Source: Cetorhinus maximus (lineage: Eukaryota). From it: DNA of 64,000 nt. The DNA lies in NCBI RefSeq assembly GCF_964194155.1, contig NC_135887.1, positions 39,556,001 through 39,620,000 of the forward strand. Direction: 5' to 3'. Shown piece after piece: positions 1 through 12,617 of the stretch (its first letter is position 1; the number at the start of each line of letters is the position of its first letter). The notes under the pieces are model-generated. The model was given only the letters and a program-made list of their open reading frames with translations, had not been told where the DNA came from and made no database searches. Made by a program: the position numbers and the translations under genes.

Positions 1-2180
1 AGGAAGGAATCTCTCCGCTGGCTGGGATCATACTTAGCACAAAGAAAAATGCTTGTGATTGTTGAAGGCCAATCATTGCAACCTCAGGACATCGCTGAAG
101 GAACTCCTTAGGGGAGTATCCTAGGCCCAACCATCTTCAGCTGCTTCATCAATGCTCTTTCCTCCATCATAAGGTCAGAATGGGGCATGTTCACTGATGA
201 TTGCACAGTGTTCAATTCAGTCTGAGCCCACACACAGCAAGGCCTAAATAACATTCAGACTCGAGCTGCTAAGTGACAAGTAACATTCGTACAACATAAG
301 TGCCAGGCAATGATCATTTCCAACAAGAGGGGGTTCTAACCATCTTGCCTTAACATTCAACAGCATTAAATCTGCTGTAGCCCCCACATCCTGGGGGTCA
401 CCATTGACCAGAAACTTTAATCAACAGCCACATAAGTACTGTGGCTATAAGAACAGATTAGAGGCTGGATATTTTTTGGAAAGTGACTCACCTCCCGACT
501 CCCCAAAGGTTTTCCACCATCTATGAGGCACAAGTCAGGAATGTGATGGAATAAAATGAATAAACCAAATAATCAAATAAACTAACCAAAAAAATGTGTG
601 ATGAAATATTCTACATTTGCCTGGGTGAATGCAGCTCCAACAATACTCAAGAAACTCATCACCATTGTTATGAAACCATGCTTTACATCAAAAAATGATG
701 TTTGAATCTACTGGCTGGAAACGCCTAATTGAAGTATTTTTTAAATGATAAGACTAAAGCCACATTCCAGTGACTTAAGCTTGCAGCCAAAGATAGCCAC
801 ACAATTTGTATCACTATGACCTCCACATTCCAACACCATTGAGATAGAGTCTACCGGTCTGCAAAAAACCCACCAAAGACAATGGCCTCAGGGGAATGTG
901 AATGAACCACATCCCCATGTCATTAGCACAATGTCCAGATACTCCTCTGGGTGGAGATAAACCATTAAATGTAACCACTTGGACAATAGGACCCTGGCTG
1001 AGTGAAGGATTCCCAGACATGATGTAACCAAGCTACAATTGGAATATACTGGCCATGACCTTATTTGGATCCCTGGGCAGTTGGAGACATAAGGTCATAT
1101 GACAATCCAATCTTTTGTGTGTGTTTTAAGCGCCTGCTTTCTCTGCAGAACAGAATAAGCAGCAGAGATGCTGAAGGCACAAGACCCAGAGTGGGCTCCT
1201 TCCTCCCTTTCTCTCTCTCTCTCTCTACCCAACTTGTAAGTTTTTTTTAACCCTGTCTGCTGATTGTGACTACTTCAGGTCCTACACACAGAGCATTTTG
1301 AAATAAGTCAACCCAGTACGACCATCTCTAGAAGAACAGATGAACCAATCGTCCACATCTTTAACTCGCTGCAATGCCAGAAGCATCAGGACAATTAAGT
1401 GAAAGCAGCAGGACTGTTGAATTCAGCCTGAAGCCAGCCAAGCCACCAGCCTCCATGAGCTGTATACCCCTTTAGTTTTTCTGCAATCTAACTTGCTTAA
1501 TCTATTCTTCTCCATGCTGTAATTAATTTGTCTGTCTGCATGTGCACGCAGAAGTCAGGATGTATTTTACTATTTTACTTAGATCAGGTTATGTACAATA
1601 AAAGCTATCCTCTTCTTTGTTAAAATTCAAGAAAACATGTCTGATAAAACCTGTCTTTTATGATCACAGTGTGTAAACAATTGAACACTCACTGAATTGG
1701 CAAGTATATCCATTTTAACATCATTTCTGTTGTGGTCCAACAGGGAAAGGGAAAGGAGAGGAGCCAATCAACCCCTCCTCACATGATCAAAACACCATGG
1801 AGGACAAAGCAGCCTGCTTGACTGGCACCCTTTTCACTATGTTAAAGAATTACTCCCTCCACTACTGGCATACCTTGGTTGCAATGTTTACCATTTGCAT
1901 GATGCACTGCAACAACTTGCCAAGGCTTCGACAGCACCTCTAAAACCAACAATCTCTACCACCTAGATAAACTAGGGGAGCAGGCACATGGGAATACCAC
2001 TCCTTGCAAGTTCCCCTTCAACTCACAAATCACCCTGACTTAGAAATAGATTGCTGTCCCATCAAAGTCACTGGGTCAAAATTCTGTAACTCCCTACTCT
2101 AACAGAACAGTGGAAGTACAAGGTAGCGGCTCATCAACACCTTCTTTAAAGAAATTAGGAATGGGCAATGAGTGTTCACA
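1..2180 (+). mobile_element. Decayed CR1/L2-group LINE (family A) 3' part, interrupted by a solo LTR at 666-1794
   Basis: RT remnants (LGPTIFSCFIN, FTDDC-like) and the 3' tail ttaggaatgggcaat. The LINE sequence resumes at 1795 (ccatggaggacaaagcagcc). Confidence 0.8.
666..1794. mobile_element. Solo LTR (~1.1 kb)
   Basis: Ends TGTTATG...AAAACA with a 4-bp TSD CCAT at 662-665 and 1795-1798; AATAAA near 1597; cleanly splits a LINE. Confidence 0.75.
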
Positions 2181-2189
2181 AAAAAAAAA

Positions 2190-2717
2190 GTACCATGTGC
2201 AGTTTTAGCCTCTGCATCTAAGGAAGGATATACCTGCCTTGGAGGTGTTTGCAATGAAGTTTCACTAGCTTATTTTTGGGATGTGAGGGTTGTTCTGAGG
2301 TAGAATGTGCGGGCCTATTCTCACTGGACTTTGGAAGGAGAAATGATAATCTTATCGATACTCAGGAGATTATGAGGGGGTTGAAAGAGTAGATGCTGAG
2401 AGGCTATTTCCTCTGGCTCGAGAGTCTGGAACTAGGGGCATAGTCTCACGCTAAGGGGTCAGCCATTTATTGACCGATAGGAGGAGAAATTTCTTCACTC
2501 AAAAGAATTGTGCATCTTTGGACTTCTCTACCCCAGCAGTGTGTGAATGCTCTACTGTTGAGTATATTCAAGGCTGAGATCGATAGATTTTGGAACTCTA
2601 AGTGAATCAAAAGATATGGGGATTGAGCGGGAAAGTGGAATTGATGCTGAATATCATCCAACAGCACAGCAGGCTTGAGGGGCCATATGGCCTATGCCTG
2701 CTTGCACTTCTTATGCA
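2190..2717 (+). mobile_element. CR1 (HER1-like, family B) 3' fragment
   Basis: Typical 3' CR1 text (aggggcatagtctcacgctaagg...ggcttgaggggccatatggcctatgcctgct), shared with other copies in the window. Confidence 0.75.
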
Positions 2718-2758
2718 AGCAAATCAGTGAGAGTGGGTGTGGGCAGATTAGACACTGT

Positions 2759-3792
2759 GCCCGGGATTTTCCGTGCCTGCTGGCATAGGGCATGTTCAGT
2801 GGCGTGAGCGGACAATATGGCGAGAAGGCCAAAAATCAGTTTCATGACTTTGTGAAACTAGTTTGCGATATCCGCTCAGCCCGTCAATGTGGGCCGCGTT
2901 CCCCGCCATTGGACGTCGGGAACCTCATTGTAATACATCAGCATCTTATAATAAGGCCAGTCCGCAAGACTCACCCCCGCTGGATTGTCTGCCCACATCG
3001 GTGAGAAAACACGCCAATGCAGAACACGCCTTGACAACTGAGACGTAGAAGTCAGGAATTACTGCCAAGGCCTTGCTCGCATCATGGACGTCCAATGGAG
3101 CCTGACAAAAATGGGACCCTGGAGGAACGCCCATGGCATGATAGATGGATTCTCATGGACATGGCTCTGCTGTGAAGCAGCTCACGGAAGTTAGAAAGTC
3201 ACCATTGATGCTCACAATGGATGATGGTCGAGGGGTTGGGAGAAGAAGGTCTAGGGTCAACTGGAAGAGGAAGAGGTGTCGGGAGATGAGGCTGGGAGGG
3301 GGGAAATTAAGGTATCAGGGGGTTGAGGTTGGGGGGGGGGAAATAAATGTGTCAGGAGGGTGGGTTGGTGGGGGGAGGGGATAATGGGGTAGGTGTAAGG
3401 GGGGGTGGAAGGTGCAAGGGAAGGAGTTTGTAGGGGGAAGGAGTGTGGAGAGGGGAAGGAGTCCAGGGCAGGAAGGAGTGAGAAGGGAGTCCAAGGGGAG
3501 GAAGGAGCTCGGAGAGGGGAGGGAGGCTAGCGGGAGGAAGGAGTGCGGAGAGGGGAGGGAGTAAGGCCATGTCTTCTTTGCAGCAGTCGTGGGCTGGAAG
3601 CACTGAAAGGTGTGCACGCAGCTGGACTTTAAATATGGTGCCTGGCGTGATGAAGCAGTGGGTGATAGCGGGCGGGCAAATGAGAGCCCGCCCGCCATGG
3701 AAACAGTGCGTTTCCCAGGAATGCATAATTAATGTGGCAGGTTTAGGACTGCCCGCTACTGCATTTAGTGCAAATCTGGGACGATTCTGCCT
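2759..3792 (-). mobile_element. Non-autonomous Harbinger-like element, same family as 9263-10541 in opposite orientation
   Basis: Both ends match the reverse complement of the 9263-10541 ends (ggcagaatcgtcccagatttgcactaaatgcagtag; ggacaatatggcgagaaggccaaaaatc). 3-bp TSD TGT; G/A-rich internal tract. Confidence 0.7.
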
Positions 3793-5199
3793 TGTGAGTA
3801 AGGGAGTGAGAGTGAGGGTGAGGACATAGCAAGTGTAGACTAGGGTACATTAGTAGGACAGAGCGAAAGACAGCAAGGGTGGGTAGGAGACAGGTGGGTG
3901 GGTGAGCATCAGTGAAGGTGGGCGGGAGCCTGCGAGGCTGATACTATAGGACAGCTAACAGCATTCTCTCCTCATAGCACGCTTTATTATCAATAACTCT
4001 GATCACTCTTCCTCTGTAATTTTGTCTCAAACTCCAAATATGCCATAATATGGAGCTTTTTTTCAGACGTAAACACACTTCATTGCACAATGCTAAAATG
4101 AAGCCACAATGCGCCATTTTTATGAGCTTTGAAATTGAAATATTCAGCCAATCAGTTCAACTATAGCCGGGGGCTAAGGATTTATTGAAATTATGGGTTG
4201 TGCAATATTCTACTGCTGACAGCGCTTGCAGGGTGTACAATCTGACCTCCACAGAGTTTACAGCAAAAACGCACTTTCTTGTGGGTTTTACAATCTTTTG
4301 TCAGAATTACCACCTTTTCCTATGACCTGCTGATTTCCATAAGTAAGTGGATCAATGTACTTCAATCACACTACGAGGATCAGGTTCTTTGAAGTGGGCG
4401 CCTACCACTTAAGAGGCCTCTTGAAGCACTGTCCAATTAAGGATGCCAAGTGGAAAGGCATCCAGTTGGCCGAATGGGACGGCCTGCTGCAATGTCCTAC
4501 AGGCAACCCCACTCTGCAAAGTGGACGCTGCTGGGGCAGGCAGGAAAACACGAGGGCATAAGAATTATCAAATTAATAAAATTATTTGTGACCACTGCTG
4601 CCAGGCTATCACTGTGGAGGATGACCCCCTTCTGGTTGGCCAGTGGCTGCAGCTATAGCTCTATAGCACAAGTGGCCATGAGAAGGCAGGCAGAGGGGTT
4701 AGGAAGTGCACAGATAAATGAAAGGGGCTTCACTCGCCCTCAGCCTGCTGCCAGATGGCTGCCTCCAAGGACTGCTGTGGTCTTCATCCGCAAGGTTGGA
4801 CCCAGTTGCTGCTAGTAAGATCCCAGCTTTCCCAATCTGGCCCCAAATGGCTAGCTGATTGCCACTAACAGACTACCCGCCGCTGCAGGACAGATAGCTG
4901 CTTCTGTAGTTCATCTGTGTCCAGCAAGATCGCCCAGAGATGGGAACCAACTCAACAGCGATCTTTCAAATTTGCCTCTCAGCCCTGCCTCCAGCACTGC
5001 CTTCACGAGTCTCATAAGATTCTGTTCCTTATTTCAGGATTCAATGCTAATACTCAGCACTGGCTCAGATGGGATGTTGAATATGTCACAGTGTGTCTAT
5101 GCAGTGGACCTGCAGACCAAAATATACAAGGAAAGTTTCAACAGTGAAACATGATACAAACCACTGAACCCATCCAGTCCCAGCATTAAAGGATAATCA

Positions 5200-5615
5200 C
5201 CTCAACCATGTGCTCCCCTTTCCGCCCGTTTGTAGCCTTTACTTCTCTAACACTGTTCTCACTGCTTCCCGAGCTCCCTGTACAAACTACAACTGGTCCA
5301 GAACTCAGCTACTTGCATTGTATCCCATTCCATGGTCTGCCCTCCTATCACCTCTGGCCTCGCCAAGGTTCATTACCTCCCTCCATCTCCACATTGAGTT
5401 CAAAATTCTTGTTTAAAAATCCCTCTACATCTTTGCTTCATCTTATTTCCATGCCCCAGCTAGAACCCTCCACTCTTGTGACTCTGATTGACTATCATCC
5501 CTTCCCTCCAATGGTGGCAGGCCCTTCATCCATCATAATTCTAGAAATCTGCTCCAACACCCATTCACCTCACTACCTCTCTCCTCAAAGCCTACCTCTT
5601 CAATCACACCATCAA
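5200..5615 (+). mobile_element. Old L2 LINE 3' fragment
   Basis: Pyrimidine-rich text resembling L2 3' ends (ttcaaaattcttgttt...aaatccctc...ctcaaagcctacctctt). Confidence 0.5.
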
Positions 5616-5765
5616 TCTCTGGACTCCTGCTTGTATTCAACCTCCACCACCACCACCAACCCCCCCTGCAACCCGCTGTGTTTGACCCCCACCCCCCCAT
5701 CCCCACACCTGGCATGGCTGAGTATGTTTCTCTGCACCAAAGCCATAAGTTGCTATGTTACTGAC

Positions 5766-6638
5766 CTCCTGGTAAGGTTGAGAACTGAGTACACGTGCAT
5801 TTGAGTTGTCGTCGGTCCAGTGGCAGTTCCCATGGTATTTGGTGTGGTCTGGCCTCCACTTTCACCTTGTACTTCATATTAGGCCTCAGGTTCATCAGGG
5901 AGTAGGAGTAGCTCCCAGCTTTCACCACCGTGTACTCCTCCTCATTGAGGAAAATCACATGGGTGTAATTACTGTTGCTTGGCAACCAAGAAATGTCCGC
6001 TGAGGTTGCGGTAATAGCCTGAACTTTCAACTGCATAGGTGCAACGCAGACATCTTTCCCCACAAGCATGTTGCTACATATTATATCAGAGTTCCCTTTG
6101 TCGGTCACACTCTGCACATAGATGCGGTAAGCTTTAGCATTAAGGTCTAGTCGCTCTATTACAGCTTTAGTCTGTGCACCAAACTTGACATTCATCCGCA
6201 ACTCCTTATCCACATAGATATTATAGCTGAATATTGTACCCCAACCACCTGGCACCAGAGGGGATTCCCAGCTAACAATGATGCTTTTGGCAAGCTGTTT
6301 GATCAAGTTCAGTTTCCTGGGGTAAGGCACCACATCCTCATCATATTCGGCCACCTCTTCTACATCGAGATCAAAACCATTGCTCACAAGGCTCTCTAGC
6401 TTTATTTGTGAACCATGAAGACTGAGCTCTTCATGGGGGCTGGAGGTCTCTTGCTTTTCAATGCTGTTCTTCCGCAGTGGAAGGCTTTTCTCACTGCCAC
6501 TGTGAAAACTGATCTCCTGGAATGAACTGTGAGAAAGCTCGTTGACTTCTGGGGGATGAAACGTCAACATATCCTCGTCAGATACACGCTCAATGAAGTT
6601 TGAAGGAACCAGTCCTCTTCTCCCATCCATCAGCTCTC
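5766..6638 (-). CDS. TSPOAP1: TSPOAP1 exon (873 nt, phase 1-1): end of SH3-1, linker, FN3-1 and FN3-2
   Basis: Acceptor ttttcag|GA GAG CTG ATG; donor CCA GGA G|gtcagt. Lies in the 290-aa ORF with VPYPRKLNLIKQLAKSIIVSW and APMQLKVQAITATSADISWLPSNSNYTHVIFLN. Confidence 0.95.
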
Positions 6639-6866
6639 CTGAAAATTAATTCAGTACGTGTTTTAGTGCAAACTGTTAAAATCCCAATAGTGAAACACAA
6701 AAAAAAAATCAGAAATAACTGGCTGAGAAGTTACCTTTTGATAATGATTTACAAAGTCTCATTGAGATTGCAAGGACCTTCATAACAAAACTCTATCAAC
6801 CTACTTTGCTGAATCTTTAATTACTAAAGGCAACATAAATTCATCAGACACTCTATGTACAGGAGA

Positions 6867-8760
6867 TGTAACACACTGCACTGCACACCTCGCATTGTTA
6901 ATTGTATTTTGACTGTGTTTAAACATATGCAGGTGGTGGGCATCAACTGGGGATTCACTTGTGCTCTTATAAATGGGAACACACTGAAGGTGAGTGGTGG
7001 GGGTTAGAATTAGCATGGTTATATTGTGTATCTCTGTAAATAAATGCTTATAAAACTGTGTGAATATTGGCACTAGTTCTATCCTTCACCACCTGGCTTT
7101 CCGGAACACAGCATAGGAGCACAGGATGATGGGGAAGGGTGGAAATTATGAAAAAATGTTCACACAGAGAACCAAAATCACAGTAGCCTTTGTCAAAAAT
7201 GGCAGAAAGCAGGTGTAAATTGTCATGGTCTGATTACCCTGTGATGCTCTCAGAGTCTGAACCATATATTCAGTGGAAGAATGAAGTGGATGTGTGGACA
7301 TGGGTCATATCTATACCAAAGAGGAAGGAGTAAAATCCGAATAAATCATTTTGTGAGATGGATGCCCGTCAGTTGGATATTAATGAAGGTTTGTACCTTC
7401 TATGAGAGTTCTTGGGTGGAATTTACAAGAAAGACAATCTGTTAAATAAGGCATGGTCAGAATTTAATAATTTCGGAAAACAAATGGTCACTCTACAGAA
7501 AAATATATCATGGACTTTAACAGATTGTATAAAAGATTGACAATATTTGACTGGGGTTCCCTAGATTGGTGCCAGCATTTAAATTACTGTATTGTGAAAA
7601 GGTGTCTCATATTGACAGGCTACAAGTTCTAACTGTATTCTGTTCTCAGAAAAGGAGACCCTATTCCATCAGATGTCTGCTGCACTAAAAAATTCCTGGG
7701 GAAACAGTCATTTCCTTCAGCCTTCATGGAATATGTGAGGCATTCTGTGATGACACAAAGGATAGAAGACTTTAGCAGATCTGTCCATTACAGCAAAAGA
7801 TAAAATTGTAACAAAAATAATGGATAAATGAATCCCAAGAATGCCAAAGGAACAGTTAGTAGGTGCTTCAGGTGTGATGTGAAGCATCATTGTGTGATGA
7901 ACTGCCTAAAGAGGAACAGTAGGGTTGTCGAAATAATGCAAGACGAAGAGAATTCTGAAGAAGGTGAAGATAACGATGAATCTGAACAAGTTATTCTGGT
8001 CACAATGGGTTTTAGTCCTGTGATGATTATACTAGTCGTGGATTCCTTTAGTGCTTGTACTTCAACATATATAGGGCAGATTGGTTAAAACGTTATCTTG
8101 ATTCACTAAATTGTAAGGATTGACACAAGGATAAAGAGTATAAAAGTATTACTGGCTTTAAATTTGGTGATGACAACAGATTGAGATCACTAAAGAGAGT
8201 TGTCATTCCATGTAAAATTGCTAGAGTAAGCCATTTTATAAATATTAATGTAGCCTCTAGTGGGATACATATGCTGTTTTGTGAACCTTCTATGAAAAAA
8301 GGCACAAATGGAACTTGACATGGGCTATGATAAGGCAATTATTTTTGTAAAGTCAACTGGTCTGTGGTTTACCCAGTCAGGACATTGTGGGTATACAGTA
8401 ATAAAGCCTGATATTTCTCATCAGAGTGTTAGATAAATATTCATAACATCAGGTAATAAGAATCAGAGAGAGAAAAAAGAATTGTCCTAAAGTTACATAG
8501 ATAAATTGTTTACCTTACTTGTCAAAGGTTAAACATCCTATTAAATGATGCAGATATGGTTGATGAAGAGTATATACATACATAAGAACATATGAATTAG
8601 GAGCAGGAATAGGCCACTCAGCCCCTTGAGTCTGCTCCGTCATTCAATGAGATCATGGCTGATCTGAATATAACCTCAATCGCACATCCCCGATAACATT
8701 TCACTCCCTTGTTAATCAAAAATATGAGGTTAATGGAAGAAATTAGTGAGAAGTGCAGGC
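6867..8760 (+). pseudogene. Decayed Ty1/copia (GalEa-like) LTR retrotransposon: 5' LTR, PBS-like site, gag, protease, start of integrase
   Basis: TGTAAC-starting ~245-bp LTR with AATAAA, followed by taggagcacaggatg (degenerate tRNA-iMet PBS). Zinc knuckle CFRCDVKHHCVMNC, protease-like DS..ACTST and FKFGD, integrase-like KRIVLKLHR. A CR1 tail is inserted at ~8581-8722. Confidence 0.55.
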
Positions 8761-10945
8761 TGTTTACATAGTGAGATTTAGGGATTATAAAAGGGCAGTG
8801 AACTCAAAGGAGAGAACATGATGAGTTGAGATGGAGGTTGAATTCAGTGAAGATGAGAAGTCATTCAGTGTAGAGGCTGAGGAAGGAAAACAGTGAAGGT
8901 GTCCAGGTGGGAAAACTTTTATCGTACTTAGGAAGCTGGTAGAGAACCAGGTGAGAGGGGTGGAACAAGGTGAGATTCTCAAGGGAGGAGAAAGTGCCAG
9001 AAGATTAAAGGATAAGGCCAAGGTGTGATCTGGTGATAAGTTACCGCAATAGTCTTGGTGGTGGAAGATATATAGCCAGATGGGAAGGCTTCATGAAGAG
9101 GGAAAATGTCATCGCTCCTCAGCCAGGTTTTGGTTAAGGCCATGATGTCGTTGCAATTACAATAAATTCATGAATGGCAAGGGCCTTGTTCACAAATGAA
9201 CAGATATTTAGGAAGGAGATATGTAAGGAGGTGGTGAAAGCTAATTAGCTGACAGAGTCACAGCGCAGAATCATCCCAGAATTGCACTAAGTGCGGTAGC
9301 AGGCGTGAAAAACAACATTGTACCTGTTGGCTGCAACAGTGGGTTTTTGCACCATATCGTCCACTTCCTGCCTCATTAATTATGCAGCCATAGGAAACAT
9401 GCCATCTCGCTGGCGGGCGGCCTCTCAATCGCCTTGCCACGCTGTTACCTCACCATTTTCTCACTCCGGGTGCCATAACTAAACTAATCAGCCAAGCACA
9501 CAGTTCTCTGTGCTTGCAAACCAGGGCTGCTCGAGTGAAGACATGGCCCCGAAAACTAAGAAAAGTTCAGTGAACCATCACTGGAATGCCTTTTGGAGGC
9601 CCGCCGCGTGGTCCTTCACACCCACTCTGGTCGCAGGAGGTCCAGCAATCTCACCACTCTGGCTTGGGAGGCAATGGCAATGGTGGTCAGTGCCAATGCT
9701 GCACACAAGAGGTTGGCCATCCAGTGCAGAAAACGGATGAATGATCTCATCCGTGCTGCCCGGGTAAGGAACTATCTCATCACTCTAAACTCTCACAAGG
9801 CCTTCACACATTCACTGGCATCTCACTCACTGCTAGCTCAAGGGACATCACCACTCACTCTCTCACACACACCCTCACATCTCTATCTGGACTCACGTCC
9901 ACTGGGGGCTGTATCCTCAGCCCTCACCAGCTTGAGGCCACTTTCACAGATCAACGTGTGCCCCGACACAAACCCTAGGATACCCCCCTTCCCCAGTACA
10001 GCCCTCGCCCTGAAGCCTCTTCCCTGCCTGAGGCCACTTTGCCCCCTTTCCCAAGCAAACCCTGAAGCCATTGAAAAGCCACCTCCGCCTTATAGCTGGT
10101 CTGGTAGGTAGAGACATGCTCATTAGCAACCCCCCCCACCAAAAAAGTGATGTGGAGCTGTCTGCAAAGCCTGGTACTGATGACCACGAGTGCTGTCTGA
10201 AGCCAGGTAGGTGCACAACCCTCAAATTCCCAAGTGAAGTGCAGCTTGCCAGGTGCATGTTGCTTATGTACAGTTGTGAAGCACATCGACGTGCATTCAG
10301 GCTGACGTGCCTAGATGATCCAGCGTGGGGGCATGAATCCGGCGAGCAGGGAGATGCTAAAGTGTCGAAATCAGGTTGTCGACGTGTGGCAGCAGGAAAT
10401 GTGGCCCACCATAGACAGGGGGAGCAGATGATTGCAAACTGGATTCACGATGGCCTAAAATTGATTTTTGGCCTTCTCGCCATATTGTCTGCTCACGCTA
10501 CCAAACATGCCCAACACCAGTGGAAGCGGAAAATTCCAGCCACAGGGTCAGTGGTGAAAAGGGTGAGTTGGACAAGGAGGAGATTGGTAAGATTAACCCC
10601 AGTGGGCACACTGGGCAGGAAGGTGAAGGAGAGAGTGGGATGGAGCAATTGGGGATGCCACTTGCAATGAGCCAATGTCGAGGGCCTCGATGAGCCCTTT
10701 GCAGAATTCCAAGAGAGGCACGGAGGGAAGCTGCAGGCTTATCTTAGAGGGAGTCAAGCCTGGGATACTGAGGTGAAAACAGGAAGCTTGTGGAGTACTG
10801 ACGAATTCAGATAGGGAATTTGGAAAGGCAGAGTACCTGTAAAAGAGGGGAGAAATGAAAGGAAACAAGATGATAGAGAGGCACCCAGGAGGGATAAAAA
10901 GATAAGTAAAAAAGAAGCTAAAGGGGAATTAGAGTGATAAAGTGG
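8760..10945 (-). mobile_element. Old L2-like LINE remnant, split by the Harbinger element at 9263-10541
   Basis: Purine-rich degenerate RT-like text on both sides; the sequence rejoins across the TSD (agagtcaca|gggtcagtgg). Confidence 0.45.
9263..10541 (+). mobile_element. Harbinger-like element with a disrupted Myb/SANT-like DNA-binding gene
   Basis: Imperfect TIRs and 3-bp TSD ACA. Frameshifted ORF from ATG 9543: ...TTLAWEAMAMVVSANAAHKRLAIQCRKRMNDLIRAAR|gtaagg (Myb_DNA-bind_5-type motif). Confidence 0.75.
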
Positions 10946-12507
10946 ATTAAACACCACCCCCAAACGCCCAACCCCGGAAACAGTGTTGGCATGGAGCCGA
11001 CATGCTCCATGCCGACCCATTCCACAGCCATAAAGCGCTGCAGGGCGGATTAATGAGGGCCAAGTGGACCTTCCACCCCTCACTGTGGAGAACATCCAAT
11101 CTGATTGGCCACCAGCTTCATCAGTTCCGGCAGCGGCAGGAGGTGTCAGTGGCTGCTGTTGGGACTGCAGAAGAGGAAGAACACCAAGGCCCATGGAATC
11201 ACGGAGCAGGTCAGTCTGGGGTCTTGGGCTGGAGGTATTTGGGTATGCTAGTGAAAGGGGCAGGGGGGATGCGGAAGGGTGTGGGTTTAAGGGTAGGAAG
11301 GAAGGGGTGGCTTTGATCTTAGGGGGGGGGCTACCCCATGATCAGCAAAGGCAGCCCTTGAAGAGCAACCCCGCCCCCCAACCCCACCCTCCTTCCTGCC
11401 CATTAAACATTTCAGTGAAAAAGTCAGGCTGCCTGCTTCCCCGGCTGCCCACACCAAATGTTTCATGGCTTGGGCAGCGTATTATCAGGGTCAACTGCTT
11501 GATGGCAAACCTAATTGATCTTTGGTTATTTATTTGAATATAGCGGGTGGGCTGCTGATTGCAGCATTATTAATGGAGTGAGCTCGGGGGTGGGAGGGGA
11601 GGTGGTGGGGTGGGCGCCCACCCTATTTTTTGTGTCCCACCGTGGGAAATAATTCTCGCCAGGGACACGCAAAATTCCGCCATACGTTAGGCAGCCAAAA
11701 TGCAAATGGATTCTGCACAAGTTACATAAAAATTAGGATTCATAAAGACCTGACAGCAAACAGGAAATAGGAAAGAAATGGAAAGAGGAAATAAATAGGA
11801 GATAACAAGGAGTTCAGAGTTAAAATCAGATGTCCCATGATAGGATGCTGATGACGTAGATAGGGTAGAGTCAGCATGGATCATCAACGAACTGTTGTCC
11901 AAGTTCAGACAGGTGCAGTGAGTGAAATCCAGAAACTGTTTGAGGGTAGAGTATTGGAGAAATGCTCATGGTATTGTTATGGGAATGAGGATGCAGGAAG
12001 CATGCAGAGTCCGTTGCAGAATCAGAAATATGTTGGCGAAGTTGGAGGACACCATAAAATCCAGAAGCAGAAGAGGTTTGCCCTTCAGTCCAGGCGAGTG
12101 ATTTTCTGGCTAAGAACAAATTGAACTAAAAAATCAGTATATTTAGTAAACAATCTAAGCGGTGATAGAGGAAGGACAGTGAACTGATCAAAGTTACTTT
12201 TCCATGACAACCTGTTTGATTGGCACCCCTTTCGCCACCTTAAACATTCACTCCCTCCACCACTGGCACACAGTGGCAGAGTGTGCACCATATACAACTC
12301 ACCAAGCCTCCTTCAACAGTGATCAGTGTGGGGTTTGACAGCTGTTGAAGGTCAGTTATGAAAAGACCTTTATCACTGTTTGTGTATTGCTGCTATGCTG
12401 CGCAGTCCAATTTGGTATCGGGGTATGAGCAGAGGCACACAAAAAAATCATAATTTATCATAAGAAAGATGAAAAATGCAATCTTATTGTATTTATGTCA
12501 GTCAAAC

Positions 12508-12617
12508 CTTCATAAAATCCATCTTCATCCATGTCTCCATACACATAAATATACTCTCCTGCTGTTAGTGGCAGTTCTGCCTCTGGGTTCTCATTGGGCC
12601 CATCAAAGGGATTGTAA
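12508..12617 (-). CDS. TSPOAP1: TSPOAP1 exon (110 nt): SH3-1 core
   Basis: ctcttttccag|T TAC AAT CCC ... TAT GAA G|gtttga; encodes [36 protein letters not shown]. Confidence 0.95.

Noticed and set aside
5040-5109. Minus-strand acceptor ttttggtctgcag|GT CCA, in phase with the preceding exon (G-P-L-H-R...stop)
   Set aside because: The peptide does not resemble the expected FN3-3 start (PPDAPLDV/PPAPPQDV) and stops after ~18 codons. The real next exon probably lies left of the window.
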